Shown here piece after piece: positions 1-13,299 of a DNA stretch of 64,000 nt (the stretch's first letter is position 1; each line of letters opens with the position of its first letter). The position numbers and the translations under genes are program-made. This DNA is from Mobula hypostoma (taxonomy: Eukaryota). The stretch is from positions 18,786,001 through 18,850,000 of the forward strand of contig NC_086108.1 in the NCBI RefSeq assembly GCF_963921235.1, written 5' to 3'. A model generated the notes under the pieces. It saw only the letters and a program-made list of their open reading frames with translations. It had not been told where the DNA came from and searched no databases.

Positions 1-905
1 GACAAGAGATTCTGTGGGTAAGAACAAGATTCCTGGATGGTAGTTGTCTCCCAGGTGCCAGGGTTCAGAATATCTCAGACCAAGTTGTCAGCATTCTGAA
101 ATGGGAGGGTGAACAGCCAAAATTTGTGGTCCATGTAGGTACCAATGACATTTGTAGTACAAATGACAAGGTTCTGCTTAGGGAATTCAGGGAATTAGGT
201 GCTAAGTTAAAGGGTAGGACCTCCAGGGTTGTGATATCAGCATTGTTACCCATGTTACATGCTAGTGAGACCAGAAATAGGATGGTTACACAGTTTAATA
301 CATGGCTAAGGAGTTGGTGTAGGAGGGAGGGCATTAGAAGTTTGGATCATTGGGCTCTCTTCCAGGGAAGATGGGACCTGTACAGATAGAACAGCTTGCA
401 ACTGAACAGGAGGGGAACTAATCTTTGTGGGAAGGTTTGTTAATGCTGCATGGTGGGGTTTGAACTAGAGTTGCAGGGTGATGGGAACCAGAGTGCCAGA
501 ACAGTTAGTGGAGAGGTTGTGGAGGCAAATATTGGTAAGACCACAGACAAACTAACTAACTACGTCGACTCAGGCCTAGGGGACCGGCATTGGGCACGAT
601 GACGGACTCTCCACTTCTCTCTCTCCCTCATCAGTGTGTTCAGTTCATCTACATTAGCCACGCTGCTGTCTTCTAGGAGCGTGTTGACCATAGTCTTGGG
701 AGGGCGCCCAGGGTTCATCCTCCCATGCTTGGGCTCCCGTATGATGAATAGGCTGGCAGGTAGCTCGGGGTGGCGTAGACAGTGCCCCGCCAGTTGCAGT
801 CTTTTCGCCTCGACAAAGTTAGGAATCAAAACGTTGAGTGTGGTGTAACTAGAGTCCTGAGCTGCATATATTTCAATGCAAGAAGTATTATAGGAAAGAC
901 AGATG
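1..905 (+). mobile_element. CR1 LINE fragment: ORF1 SGNH/GDSL esterase-like domain plus start of ORF2
   Basis: ORF 126-389 (VHVGTNDI...LDHWALFQGRWDLY) is typical of the CR1 ORF1 esterase. LSCIYFNARSIIGK near 860-900 is the ORF2 endonuclease N-terminus. Confidence 0.9.
552..811 (-). mobile_element. 5'-truncated RTE/RTEX-clade LINE 3' end inserted into CR1
   Basis: Translation RLQLAGHCLRHPE...GRPPKTMVNTLLED...REKWR is an RTE-type C-terminus. (TAGT)n tail; 6-bp TSD GACAAA at 546-551 and 812-817. Confidence 0.85.
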
Positions 906-3900
906 ATAGTGCCAAATATAAGGTAGCTGGTTTATAAACAGAAGCAATTTGTAGTGAGGAGAGGCTGTTGATAGGGCAAAATTGCAGTCAACAGGATGAG
1001 TTGCAACATAGAAGGTGGACAAAATCAAAAAGGGTGAATACAAGACTGAAGATGTTACATTTGAATTGCAGAGTATAAGTAATACGGAAGATGAACGTAG
1101 CACAGTTGCAAATTGCCAAGTATGATGTTATAGACATCACTGAATCATGGTTGAAAGAAGATTATAGTTGGGAGCTTTATGTCCAAGGATACATATTGTA
1201 TCTAAAGGACAGGCAAAGAGGCAGAGGGGGTGGCTTTGCTCTGTTGGTAAAAAATTAAAATCAAATTATTAGAAAGAGGTGACATAGGGTCAGAAGGTGT
1301 TGAATTATTGTGTGTTGAGCTAAGGAACTACAAGGCTAACATGACCCTAATGGGAGTTGTATATGGACCTCAAAACAGTAATAAGGATGAGGTCTACAAA
1401 TTACAACGGGAGATAGAAAATGCATGCCATAAAGGCAACATTGCCATATGATGGGGGATTTCAGTATGCAGGTGGATTGGGAATATGAGGTTGGTGCTGG
1501 ATTCCAGGAGGGGGGATTTCTAGAGTGCCTACAAGATGGCTTTTTAGAGCAACTCATGGTAGAGACCCACTAGGGGATGAGTTATTCTGAAATGGGTGTC
1601 ATGCAATGAACCAGAATTGATTAGAGAACTTAAGGTAAAACAACCTTTAGGGAGGAGTGATCATAATATAATGCCATAAGACCATAAGGTTATAGGAGCA
1701 GAAGTAGGCCATTTGGCCCATCGAATCTGCTCTGCCATTCCATCATGGGCTGATCCAATTCTTCCAGTCATCCCCACTCCCCTGCCTTCTCCCCATACCC
1801 TTTGACGCCGTGGCTGATCAAGAACCTATCTATCTCTGCCTTAAATGCACCCAATTACTTGGCCTCCACAGCCGTTCATGGCAACAAATTCCACAGATTT
1901 ACCACTCTCTGAATAAAGTAATTTCTCCACATCTCTGTTCTAAATGGACGTCCTTCAATCCTGAAGTTGTACCCTCTTGTCCTAGACTCCCTTACCATGG
2001 GAAATAACTTTGCCATATCTAATCTGTGCGGGCCTTTTAACCTTCGGGGTTTCTATGAGATCCCCCATCATTCTCCTGAACTCCAGTGAAGACAGCCCGT
2101 GCTGCCAGGCATTCCTCATATGGTAATGCTTTCATTTTTGTGAATCTTCTCTGAACCATCTCTCCAGTGTCAATATATCCTCTCTACAACAAGGAGCCCA
2201 AAACAGCACACAATACTCCAAATATGATCGAATTCACCCTGAAATTTAAGAAGGAGAATCTAAAGTCAGATGTATCAGTATTACGGTGGAGTAAAGAGAA
2301 TTAAAGAGGCATGAGAGAGGAGTTGGACATAATTGATTGGAAATGAGCACTGGCAGGGATGACGGCAGAACAATAATGGCTGAAGTTTCTGGAAGCAATT
2401 CAGAAGGCCCGGGATATTTACATCCCAAAGAGGAGGAAGTATTCTAAGGACAAAATGACACAACCATGGCTAACAAGACAAGCCAAAGCCAACATAAAAG
2501 CCAAAGAAAAGGCTTATAATAGAACAAAAATTACTGGGAAGTTGGAGTATTGAGAAGCTTTTAAAATCCAACAAAAGGCAACTAAAACACTCCATTAAGA
2601 AGGTAAAGATGGAATACAAAAGTAAGCTAGCCAATAATAATAAAGAGGATACTTCAAGTTTTTTCAGATATATAAACTGTGAAAGGGAGATGAGAGTAGA
2701 TATTGGACCACTGGAAAACGATGTTGGAGAGGTAGTAATGGGGGACAAGGATATGATGGACGAACTGAATAAGTATTCCTCCAGCGTGTTGTAAGTATCT
2801 TAAATCACTGTGGAAGACACAAGTAGTATACTGGAAATTCCAGGTGTCAGGGGTCATGAAGTGTGTGAAGTTACCATTAGTAGAGACTAGGTTTTTGGGA
2901 AACTGAAAAGTCTGAAGATAGTTAAGTCACCTGGACCAGATGATGTGAACCCCAGGGTTCTGAAAGAGGTGACTGAAGAGATTGTGGGGGCATTATTATG
3001 ATCTTTCAAGAATCACTAGATTCTGGAATGGTTCTGGTAAATTCCAAATGTCACCCCACTCTTCAAGCAGGGAGAGACGCAAAAGATAGGAAATTATAGG
3101 ACAGTTAGCTTGACCTCAATGGTTGGGAAAATGTTGCTCAGGATGTAGCTTTCGGGTACTTACAGGCACATGATAAAATGTGCCATAGTCATCATTGTTT
3201 CTTCAGGGGAAAATCTTGCCTGACCAATCTGTTGGAATTCTTTGAAGAAACAACAAACAGGAAAGACTGAGGAGAATTGGTTGATGTTGTGTACTTGGAT
3301 TTTCAGAAAACCTTTGACAAAGTGCCACACATGAAGCAGCTTAACAAGCTATGAGCCCATTGTGTTACAGGAGAGATCCTAGCATGGATAAAGCAGTGAC
3401 TGATTGGCAGGAAGCAAAGAGTGGGAATAAAGGGAGCCTTTTCAGGTAGGCTGCTGGTGACTAATGGTGTTCCACAGTAACTGATTCTTTTTACTTTATA
3501 TGTCAATGACTTGGATGATGGAATTGCTGCAAAGATCACAGACGATATGAAGATGGGTGGACAGACAGGTAGTTTTGAGGAAATAGAGAGGCTACAGAAG
3601 GAGAGAGGGCAAAGAAATGGCTGATGGAATAGTGTCAGGAAGAGTGTGCACTTTGTTAGAAGAAATGAAAGGGTTGACTATTTTCTAAATAGAGAGAAAT
3701 GCAAAAATCTGAGGCAAAAAGAGTCTTAAAAGTCTTTGTACAGCATTCCCTGAAGGTTAATTTACAGGTTGAGTCTGTTGATGAGGAAGGCAAATGCAAT
3801 GTTAGGATTCATTTCAAGAAGACTAGAATATAAAAGCAAGGATGTAATGTTGAGATTTTATGAAGCACTGGTGAAGCCTCACTTGGAGTATTGTGAGTAG

Positions 3901-4437
3901 TTTGGGGCTCTTATTTTAGAAAGGATGTGTTGAAACTGGAGAGAGTTCAAAGGAAGTTCACGAAAATGGTTCCAGAATTGAATGGTTTGTCTTATTCAGA
4001 ACGTTTGATGGCTCTGGGCCTGTATTCTCTAGAATTCAGAAGAATGTGGGGTGACCTCATTGAAACCTATCAAAAGGCCTTGATAGAGTGGATATGGAGA
4101 GGATGTCTCCTATGGTGGGAGAGTCTAAGACCAGTGGGGACAGCCTCAGAATAGAGGGGCATCAATTTAGAATGGAGATACGGAGGAATTCCTTCAGCCA
4201 GAGAGTGGTGAAGCTGTGGAATTTGTTGCTGAAGGCAGTTGTGGAGGCCAAGTCTGTATGTATATTTAAGGCAGAGGTTGATAGATTCTTTATTAGTCAG
4301 GATATGAAGGGGTATGGGGAGAAGGCAGGAAATTGGGGCTGAGTGGTAAATTGGATCAATCATGATGAAATGGTGGAGCAGACTTGATGGGCCAAATGAC
4401 CTAATTCTGCTCCTGTATTATTGTTTTATGGTCTTAT
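906..4437 (+). mobile_element. Degenerate CR1 LINE ORF2 (EN+RT) and 3' UTR
   Basis: Fragments such as SFFRYINCEREMRVDIGPLEN and LERVQRKFTKMVP...LGLYSLEFRR; many stops and frameshifts; CR1 3' tail near 4430. Confidence 0.9.
1673..2220 (-). mobile_element. CR1 3' fragment nested antisense in CR1
   Basis: Reverse CR1 3' end (ataagaccataag...ggagcagaagtaggcc); near-perfect TSD AATATAAT (1665-1672) and AATATGAT (2221-2228). Confidence 0.85.
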
Positions 4438-4654
4438 TTCACTAGAACTCAAGCAGTGTATAAAATACAAGGGTCTTTCCACAGGTTTCATTTCACATGC
4501 CAAAGACCAGGAGCAGGAAAATGGTGGCCTAGTCAATCAGCCAACTTTCCCCTGCACTGTTCCCCTACAACATGCAGGAATGTAACCAAATGTTTGAGTT
4601 CAAATCGCTGCCTTTTGCAGAATTTCATGATTCTGGGGCCTTACTTGATGAAAT

Positions 4655-5038
4655 TCAGAGGGATGAAGAGTTACCTCATGGAAATCTACCAAATAAGGAA
4701 AGCCTGGATAGAGTGAAAATAGTGAGGATATTCCCAGCAATGGGAGAATCTAAGATCTGAGGTCATAGTCTCAGAATAAATGAACATTATTTTAGAACTA
4801 AAATAAGGAGGAATTTCTTCAGCCAGATGTTGATAAATCTGTGGAATTTGTTGCCACAGAGGCCGTGGAGGCCAAGCCATTGAGTGCATTGATAAGTTGT
4901 TGATTGGTAAATGGTTGATGGATGTTGGGAGAATGTGGGGGAATGGGAATTGAGAAGAAAAACAGCCACAGTTAAATGGCAGAGCTGATTTAATGGGCTG
5001 AATGGACCAATTCTGCTCCTATTATCATATTGTCTTAC
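4655..5038 (+). mobile_element. CR1 3' fragment
   Basis: Resembles the ORF2 C-terminus and 3' UTR of the other CR1 copies (e.g. 4080-4430). Confidence 0.8.
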
Positions 5039-5825
5039 AGTATCCTTTTGTGAAGTGCAGTAACACAGGAAGCCCTGTGTGTGACAGTACTGCTCCAAGG
5101 CTGTAGAACCATTCATTCCCAACCACCACCCCCCAACAACTCATTCAGTCTGGGAAAGGTTACAACAATAATCAGATGATCCAAGCTATCAAGTTCATTT
5201 AGATGCTATTTCATGCATGCTGCTAGGCTTATTTATCTTACAAATACACAGGGCTTTCGTTCTTACTTCCCAGGGAAGCTCAGAGGAAAACATTGTCACT
5301 GAGGCACTGATTCACCCAGAGAGTATGTCTGCGTCTTGAACTTAGAACAGGCAGTGTAATCCCTCCCTTGCCTCTTCACCACTATTCTTGAGCTAGAGGG
5401 TGTCCCTTTATTGATGGGACACCAGCAAACATGGGAATGCAGACTGCTTATTGTCCAAAAGTATTGTAAATTGCCTTGGAAAGAATAATCAGGCAAAGTT
5501 TGACAGCAAGTCTTGCAAAGCAGATATTGGTTTGGAGATAAAGAGGAATCTCAAAAGGAGAGAGATGTTTAGTAGGTCTGAGAAGGTGGGTTACAGTGGC
5601 TGATGGCGGAGTACACCCAGGGCAAAATTAGAGGAAGAGCAGAGGTGAGTAGGTGGGCTATGCCAAAAACTGACAATTCCACAGCTTCCCTCCTCTTCCA
5701 GCTGTCGAGTTTGCCTCCTTCTGTTACCCTACCTTCAGGTTTTTCACTTCTCTGCTCTCTGTAGTAGTGGAAGCCTTTCCAGGATGATAAATTGCCTAAG
5801 AGGTTGTAACCACGGTCAAAAGCAG

Positions 5826-5980
5826 CACACAAAATGCTGTAAGAGCTTTGCAAGTCAGGCAGCATCTATGGAGGAAAATGAACAGTTTGGCGTTCTGGGC
5901 CACTTCAATGTCGACTGTTCACTTTCTTCCATAGATGCTGCCTGGCCTGCTGAGTTCCTCCAATGTGTTGGATGTTGCTC
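5826..5980. mobile_element. Foldback (inverted) Penelope terminal-repeat derivative
   Basis: cacacaaaatgctg...caggcagcatctatgga is followed by its reverse complement tccatagatgctgcctgg...; related to the PLE end at 22988-23045. Confidence 0.7.
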
Positions 5981-6139
5981 CAGTTTTCTAGTATCTATTA
6001 TCTCTCATGCCACTGTCAAAGCAGCCAATAGCAAATCAGACAATGGAAAGGAACAACTGGCTGGAGTAACTCAGTGGATCGGGCAGCATCTAAAGTCTGG
6101 GAGCATGTACCACTAAACTCCAAGATGTCTTTTTTTCTG

Positions 6140-6402
6140 CTGTTATCAGACTCTCAAGCAGACCTCTCATATGCTGAAGATGAAAACTGGATCTCCCAAT
6201 CTACCTTGACATGGCCCTTGCAGATTATTTGTCTGCCTGCACTGCACTTACTGTAACCACAACAATGTATCTGCAGCTGCAGTTTCTTGTATCTCCAATA
6301 TTGTTTGCATAGTTTCCTTTTTCCTACCTGATATACTCGTGCATGGCATGGTCTATGAAAAAAGCCTTTCTCGGTACATGTGACAATAATCAACCAATAC
6401 CA
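6140..6402 (+). mobile_element. Rex1/Babar-like LINE 3' tail
   Basis: Similar to 45300-45550 and to the reverse complement of 20510-20700; ends acaataatcaaccaataccaa. Confidence 0.6.
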
Positions 6403-7491
6403 ACCTGTGGATGTAAGGGATGGTCGATGTCCTTGGGTTAACACCCTGCATCAGCACTCATGTTTCAAACTTTTACCCATTCAGCACAAACTCCAGGTAT
6501 AAGAACTCTTCTTTAAGGAAGCCTGGACTTGAAGCAACTGTCTAGCAGATCTAGATTCCGGAGTTCATTGTGGGTTGCCAGCAGCATGTGACAACATGAC
6601 CCAATCACATAAGCTTCTTTGAAATAGGAATGTTGTAAAACAAATGTTACGTCTATTAGTGTTCTTTATTTTCTGTGATCTAGCCACTGATGGCGAGGCA
6701 GTGCGTGGACTGGCAATTTGTATGCTATTTCTAGAGGCTCCTCATTGGTGTTCTGATAGTTGGCTAACTTTCTGTGACATTCTTCAGTGGCAAAGACAAT
6801 TGCTTCTGTCATTCCTGTAGCTCTGCCACGCTGTGCCTGGTTTTGGCATCCATTCCAACATAGTCATCTGGTGGAGGCTGGTTTCTCATAATCCCTGGGA
6901 TCCTCCTCCACCTCCTCTATTCCCCAGAATCGCTGTCCTCCACTATCCCATCTCCCCCAGAATTACTTTACCTGGTATCCTCCCACACCTCCCCTATTTT
7001 CTGGGTTTCAAGGGAATATGATGGGGAACATTCCAGAACACCTCTATTTTCAATGTCCCACCTCCCCCTTCAACCCATTTGTAGGGACTCCACCCTGCCT
7101 CTACCCTAGTCTCTAATCCCTGGGAGGTTTTTATTTTCCATCTGGGAGTGGAGGACATGTCCAGCCTGATCTGCCAGGCATCCTCCTGCTCTGCCTTTTG
7201 CAACTCCTATACTCTCTGGTCTATGTTCTCATTCTCTAACTGCTGCCATTCACACACTGAGAAGATAACCTCAATAATAGTTTAATCCCATGGGAACTCT
7301 GGTTTCACTTTATCCCAACCAGCACCCATGTACAACCTCCCAGCAACTGTGCAAGTTGTTTTTCTCTCCTTACTAGTCCTTCCCTGTCCTCTGACTCAAA
7401 CTGCTAAACTCTGCTTCTCTTCCCAAAGCTGCAGACTAACCTGCTGAGTATTTCCAGCACTGAGAGTAGTATCTTCTTCCCCTTTCCTTTT

Positions 7492-7529
7492 CAGTCCTGA
7501 TGAAGGATCTCGGCCCGAAACATTGACTG
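7492..7529 (+). ncRNA. Degenerate minimal hammerhead ribozyme motif in a PLE terminal-repeat relic (about 7405-7560)
   Basis: cagtc-CTGATGA-aggatctcggccc-GAAA-catt-gactg. Confidence 0.55.
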
Positions 7530-7564
7530 TTTATTCCTTACCATAAATGCTACCTATCTTATGG

Positions 7565-9545
7565 ACACAGCAACAGCAGCCAGACTCAGCAGGGACGGGT
7601 GCAGTCAAGTAGAGTAGTAGCGACAGGAGATTTGATAGTTAGGGGATGGATGAGAAATTTTGTATCCATGAAAGAGATGCCTGGATGGTGTGTTGTCTCC
7701 CATGTACTAGGGTCCAAGATGTCTCAGAGTGATGCAGAATATTCTCAAAAGGGAGCATAGAACAGCCAGAGATCATGGTGCACATTTGCACCAATGTCAG
7801 ACATAGAGAGGGGGAAGAGGTGCTGAACAGAGAGTATAGGGAGTTAGGGAAGAGATTGTAGAGCAATATCCAAGATGCTAGTCAGGGCAGGATAGGATGA
7901 TGGTACAAATGAAAGAGTGGCTGAATAATTGGAGGGGTTTCAGATTTCAAAATAATTGGGATCTCTTTTGGGGAAGGTATGACCTCTAAAAAAAGATGGG
8001 ATACACCTGAGCCCAAGCGGGACCAACATCCTTGCAGGCAGGTTTGCTAAAGCTGTTGGAGAGAGTTTAAACTAATTTGGCAGGGAATGAAAACAGGAGT
8101 GACAGAGCTGAGGATGGGGCAGTTGGTGTACAATTAAATGCAGTGTGTGTGATGAGACTGTGAGGAAGGACAGATAGATGATAGGGCAAAATTGCAGACA
8201 GTGGGATGAGTTGAAGTGCGACATGTGGATAGGGACAAGAAGGTGATGGCTACAGAAATGAAAGTCTTATATTTCAATGTGCGCAGTATACAGAATAACG
8301 CAGATGATCCCGTAGCGCGGTTAGAGATTGGCGGGTATCATTACGTGGCTGATTGAAGATCATAGTTGGGAGCTTAACAGCCAAAGGATTAACATTGTAT
8401 TGAATGGACAAACAGGTAAGCACGGGGAGTGGGGTGGCCCTTTTGGTAAAATATGAATTCAAATCCTTAGAAAGAGGTGTCATTGGACCAGAGGGATTAG
8501 AATCATAGTAGGTAGAGTTAAGAAACTGCAAGGGTAAAAAGATTCTTATGGGAGTTATATAGAGGCCTCCAAACACTAGCCAAAATATGGGATATACATT
8601 GCAATGGAAGGGAGATAAGGACAATGTTATGAAAGTCATAGGGGATTGGGAAAAACAGATATGGTGCTGGGTCCCAAAAGAGGTAGCTCAATAGTATGCC
8701 TACAAGGTGGCTTTTTAGAGCAGCTTGTGGTTGAGCCCACTAGGGGGAAAGCAAGTCTGGACTGGGTGTTGTGTAATGAACCAGATTTGTTCAGGAAGCA
8801 TGAGGTAAAGGAACCCTTCGGAGACAGTGATCATAATATGATAGAATTTGCCCTGCAGTTTGAGAGGGAGAAGATAAAATCAGATGTATTCGCATTACAG
8901 TGCAGTAAAGGGAATTGCAGAGCCATGAGAGAGGAGCTGGCCAAAGTTGATTGGATGGAGACATTATCAGGGATGACAGCAGAACAGCAATGGCTGGAAT
9001 TTTTGGGCACAATTCAGAAGACACAGGTTGAATAAAGATGAAGAAGTATTCTAAAGGGAGAATTCAAAGCAAATTCAAAGAAAGCATAAAAGCAAAAGAG
9101 AGGGTATATAATATAGCAAAACTTAATGGGAGGTCAGAGGATTGGGAAGCTTTTAAAAACCAACAGAAGTCAACTAAAACAGCCACAAGGAAAGAAAAGG
9201 TGAAATATGAAGTTAAACTAGTCAATAATATAAACAAGGGTATCAAAAGTTTTTTCAGATATTTAAGGAGCAAAAGAGAGGTGAGAGTGGATATTAGAAC
9301 CACTGGAAAATGATTCTGGAGAGGTAGTATAGGAGGACAAAGACATGGCAGACAGAAATAACAAGTCATTGAATATATTTCAAGCAGAGGTTGATAGGTT
9401 CATGATTAGTCATGTAGTCAAAGATTACAGGGAAAAGGCAGGGGAATAGGGTTGAGAGGAATAATAAATCAGCTTTGATAGAATGGCAGAGCAGATTCGA
9501 TGGGCTAAATGGCCTAATTCTACTCCTACTGTATGCCTTACGGCC
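7565..9545 (+). mobile_element. Degenerate CR1 LINE (ORF1 esterase, ORF2 endonuclease, internally deleted, 3' tail)
   Basis: ORF 8646-9035 FLEQLVVEPTRGKASLDWVLCNEP...GDSDHNMIEF is CR1 endonuclease; the sequence jumps to the 3' end near 9366. Confidence 0.88.
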
Positions 9546-10034
9546 TAATGATCTTTTCACCTACTGAGCTCCTCCAGTATGTGTATTTTCAACATTCTCT
9601 GTTTTTTTTTGCTGTAGCATTACTGATGTCGCATGAAAATGATGGACGGACAAACTGCGGGGGTCATGGCCGTAGATCATATACCTCATGGGTCACACGC
9701 AGGGGATGGGCTCTGCAGGCAGGGGCAAGTTGCACTTGTGCACTACATAAAACGAATTATTACCTACCTGTCAGTCAGAAGAAGTTGTAATATTTCCAAT
9801 GAGCTTGGAGCAGTTTTAAGGATAAGTTTGTAGGTGCTTTGCTGAGTTAGAGCAGGAGCCTTTTATTGTGGAGACTTTGGAATGAGTGTAGAAGAGGCTG
9901 CCTAGATTAAATGGTGTGTGTTGTAAACTGCAGTTGGACTATCTTGAGTAGTTTTCTCTGGAGCATCAGATCTGAGGGGAGACCTGAGAGAAGATTATAA
10001 ATTAATTTATTGATTGATTTATTGATTTATTGAG

Positions 10035-10290
10035 ATACAGTGTGGAATATGCCCTTCCAGTCCTTCGAGCTACACCTTCCAGCAACCCAATTTAATCCTA
10101 GTCTAATCACAGGTCAGTTTACGAGGACCAGTTAGCCTGCTAACACAGTCTTGGACTGTGGGTGGAAACCAGAGCACCCAAAGGAAACTCAAGTGATCAA
10201 GAAGAGAACTTAAGGGCTCCTTACAGATGACATCAGAATTGAACTTTGAACTCCGACCCTCCCAAGCTGGGTCATGCTAACTGCAACGCT
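10035..10290 (-). mobile_element. HE1/V-SINE-like element inside CR1 relics (about 9860-10560)
   Basis: ttggactgtgggtggaaaccagagcaccc core is typical of the V-SINE domain in reverse. Confidence 0.65.
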
Positions 10291-11169
10291 ACCATGTTAT
10301 CCTTGAGAGTCATAGATAGATCAAACAGTTAGAATCTCTTCTAAGGGTAGAAATGTCAAATACTAGAAGACATGTATTGAAGGTGAGAAGGAGAAAGTTT
10401 AAGGGAGATGTGCAGAGTTGTGAGATCTGGAACAGACTGCCAGAGGAGGGTATAACCGGCTACAATAGAGGTGTTTAAATAGTTGTTAAATAGACACACG
10501 AGAAAAAGCAGAGAATGGAGGGCTATGCAGACAGAAGTTTAATTCAGGTTTCTGTTTGGAGTAGATATTGTGGGACACCTCCTAGAGTCAGTGAGTTCCT
10601 GATACAAACCACTCTCAGTAATAATGTTGTTCCGCAGAGCCACATTGTGACTTTAGCTCAAAGTAAATCTCTTCTACCTGCTTTTAAACCAACCACTAAG
10701 TAAACATGCAGCTAGGCAAAGTACAGAAGGTTGCAGTCCCAATGCAGGCAAGTGGGATTAGTTCAGATAGGTAAATAGGTTGGCATACGCCACAGGGCCT
10801 GTTTCTATGCTGCACTCTGTTGGGAGCAGTCTCTGTCTCTCTGTAACCTGCTGTGGTGTTGTCCACCTCTCTGTCAATGTCTCCTGCTCCAAGGGCAACA
10901 ATCTAAGCTTCTCTACTCTGACACTGTTGCTGAAATTATTTAATCTCCTGGACAGTTTTGGCAAAGTGTGCACACAAGAGCCAGCAGATGCTGGAATATG
11001 GAGCAAAACAGAAACTACGGGAGGAACTCAGCAGGTCAGGCAGCATCTGTGCAGGCAAACCAATGGGTAGCTCTTCAAAGTCAAAGAGTCAAAGTCGAGT
11101 TTATTGTTATATTATCAAGTACATGTATGCACAAGAGCAATGGGAAACTCACTCACAGAAGCAACACAG

Positions 11170-12805
11170 GCAGAGCACTGTATCAGCAACTTTAGTGGAC
11201 TTCATCAGCAAATGTGTTGAGGACTGTGTACTAAAGAGGACAACCCAGGTATCCCAAAACAGAAACCATGGATGAACCAGAGATTAACTCTCTACTGAAG
11301 TCTAGGACTCTCAGGTTCAAATTAGGTGACCCTGACCTGTACAACAAATTGAGATATGACCTCCATAAAGCCATCAGGGATCCCAAGAGACAAACCCATC
11401 TCACAGTGAGACCCAGACTAGCTATCAGTGTGGCAGAATTCACACTCCGTGGCTGCTTTCTTAAGTACACTTTTACATCTTCTCGTTATTGCAAATATCT
11501 ATTCAGCCAATCACATGGCAGCAACTCAATGCATAAAAGCATGCAGACGTAGGATCGGCCTTCCAGAGAATGAAACTGGGGAAAGCATCAGGCCTGGATG
11601 ATGTCCGTGGCCACGCTGTTAGATCCTGTGTAGATCATATGGCAAGGTTATTACTAGATATTTTAACCTCTCCCTGTTTCAATCTTCCACCTCCTTTAAG
11701 ACCATTAACTTCTCAGTACCTATGAAAAGCAAGGAAGTGTGTCTTAATGACTACCACTCAGTCATTCTGACATCCTCTATCATAAAGTGCTTTGAGAGGT
11801 TAATCGTGACATACACCAGCTCCAACCTCCAGATAACATCAGCACACTGAAATTTGCTGCTAACTGAAGGGTTCTAGGTGGATACCAGCTCTATGGTGCT
11901 GGTGCATCTGGAGAGTAACAGCACTTATGTTTGTTTATTGACTACAGCTCTGCCTTCAGTATTACACATTCAGTGGCCACTTTGTCAGGTACCTCCTGTA
12001 CATAACAAAGTGGCCACTGAGCGGACGTTCATGGTCTTCTGCTGCTGCAACCCATCCACTTCGTTTGATGTGGTGTGCATTCAGAGATGGCCCTTCTACA
12101 CACTACTGTTGTAATTTGGATTACTGACATCTTCCTGTCAGCTTGAACCAGTCTGGGCACTCTCCTCTGACCCCTCTCATTAACAACAATTTCACCAGCA
12201 GAACTGCACTCACTGGATGGTGTTTTTTTTGCTTCTGGCACCATTCTCTGTAAACTCTAGAGACTGTTGTGTGTGAAAATCCCAGAAGCTCAGCAGTTTC
12301 TGAGACAGTCAAACCATCCCATCTGGCACCAAGTCACTTAGATCACATCTCTTCCCCATTCTAATGTTTGGTCTGAACAACACTGAACCTCTTGACCATG
12401 TCTGCATGCTATTATGCATTGAGTTGCTGCCACATGATCTGTTGATTAGATAGTTGCATTAGCGAGCTGGTGTTCAGATGTAGCTAATAAAGTGGCCACT
12501 GAGTGTAATTCTAAACACTCCAAACTCCGAGACCCAGGACTGAACATCTCCCTTTGCAACTGGATCCTTGACTTCCTGACCAATAGAGCACAATAAGTAA
12601 AGATAGGCAGTAACAGCTCTGCCATGATTATTCTAAACACTGGTGACTCACAAGGCTACATCCTTAGCTGTCACACTACTCACAAACAATCAGGACTGTG
12701 TGGCCAGATTCTGCTCTATCTCTAACCACAGTGTTACAGATGATACCACTGCAGTGACCTGCATTTCAAAATAACGATATGTCAGAGTACAGGAAAAAGA
12801 TAGAG
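11170..12805 (+). mobile_element. Degenerate Rex1/Babar LINE (EN-RT linker and RT), interrupted by Tc1 derivatives
   Basis: DFISKCVEDCV, KPWMN-like, and CNWILDFLTNRAQ-like (tgcaactggatccttgacttcctgaccaatagagcacaa) segments. Confidence 0.75.
11967..12505 (-). mobile_element. Internally deleted Tc1 element (non-autonomous)
   Basis: TIR cactcagtggccactttattag at both ends with TA at 12506-12507. Remnant HTH SETAELLGFSHTTVSRVYREW and VNERGQRRVPRLVQADRK. A second terminal fragment lies in the opposite orientation at about 11441-11552. Confidence 0.85.
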
Positions 12806-12814
12806 AACATATAC

Positions 12815-13120
12815 AGTAATTATAGACCAGTGGGTCTTACGTCAGTAGTGGACAAATTGTTTGAGAGGACTTATAGGCAGGATTAATAAGCAGATGGAGA
12901 AACATAACTAGATTAGTGATCAACAACATGGCTGTGTGAGGGGCAGTTCATGTCTAACATGCCTGATTGAGTTCTTTGGGGAAGTGACAAAACAAAGAGC
13001 AGTGGATGTGGTGTAATGGAGCTTAGTAACGTGTTTGACAAGGTTCCCCATAGTAGGCTCACCATTGAGAAAGTCAGGACGTATGGGATACAGGGAAACT
13101 TGGCTGTATGGATTCAGAAC
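12815..13120 (+). mobile_element. CR1 RT fragment
   Basis: NYRPVGLTSVV and FDKVPHSRL motifs. Confidence 0.8.
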
Positions 13121-13299
13121 AATATGTTTTTGCAACATTTTAGTAAAACCAGCACACTTGGGGAAATCAAAAAGAATGATATTATTTTCAGAGGATATAA
13201 ATGGAATTTAATCGCCTACATTCAAAAGTTGAATATGAAAACCCTCCCAGCTATTTTGGAATCCTTTGGGCATGGTGAGGCTCTACAATAGAAAACATG

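Noticed and set aside
5274..5322. Plus-strand mini-exon (GSSEENIVTEALIHPE) with AG/GT
   Set aside because: No partner exons or recognisable homology.
6480..7260. Broken protein-like minus-strand frames
   Set aside because: Multiple stops and no identifiable family; probably an old repeat relic.
9693..9767. Possible phase-0 terminal exon (VGNNSFYVVHKCNLPLPAEPIPCV*) for the minus-strand gene via the 33769 donor
   Set aside because: No homology support; read-through to the stop at 33709 with a nearby ATTAAA is simpler.
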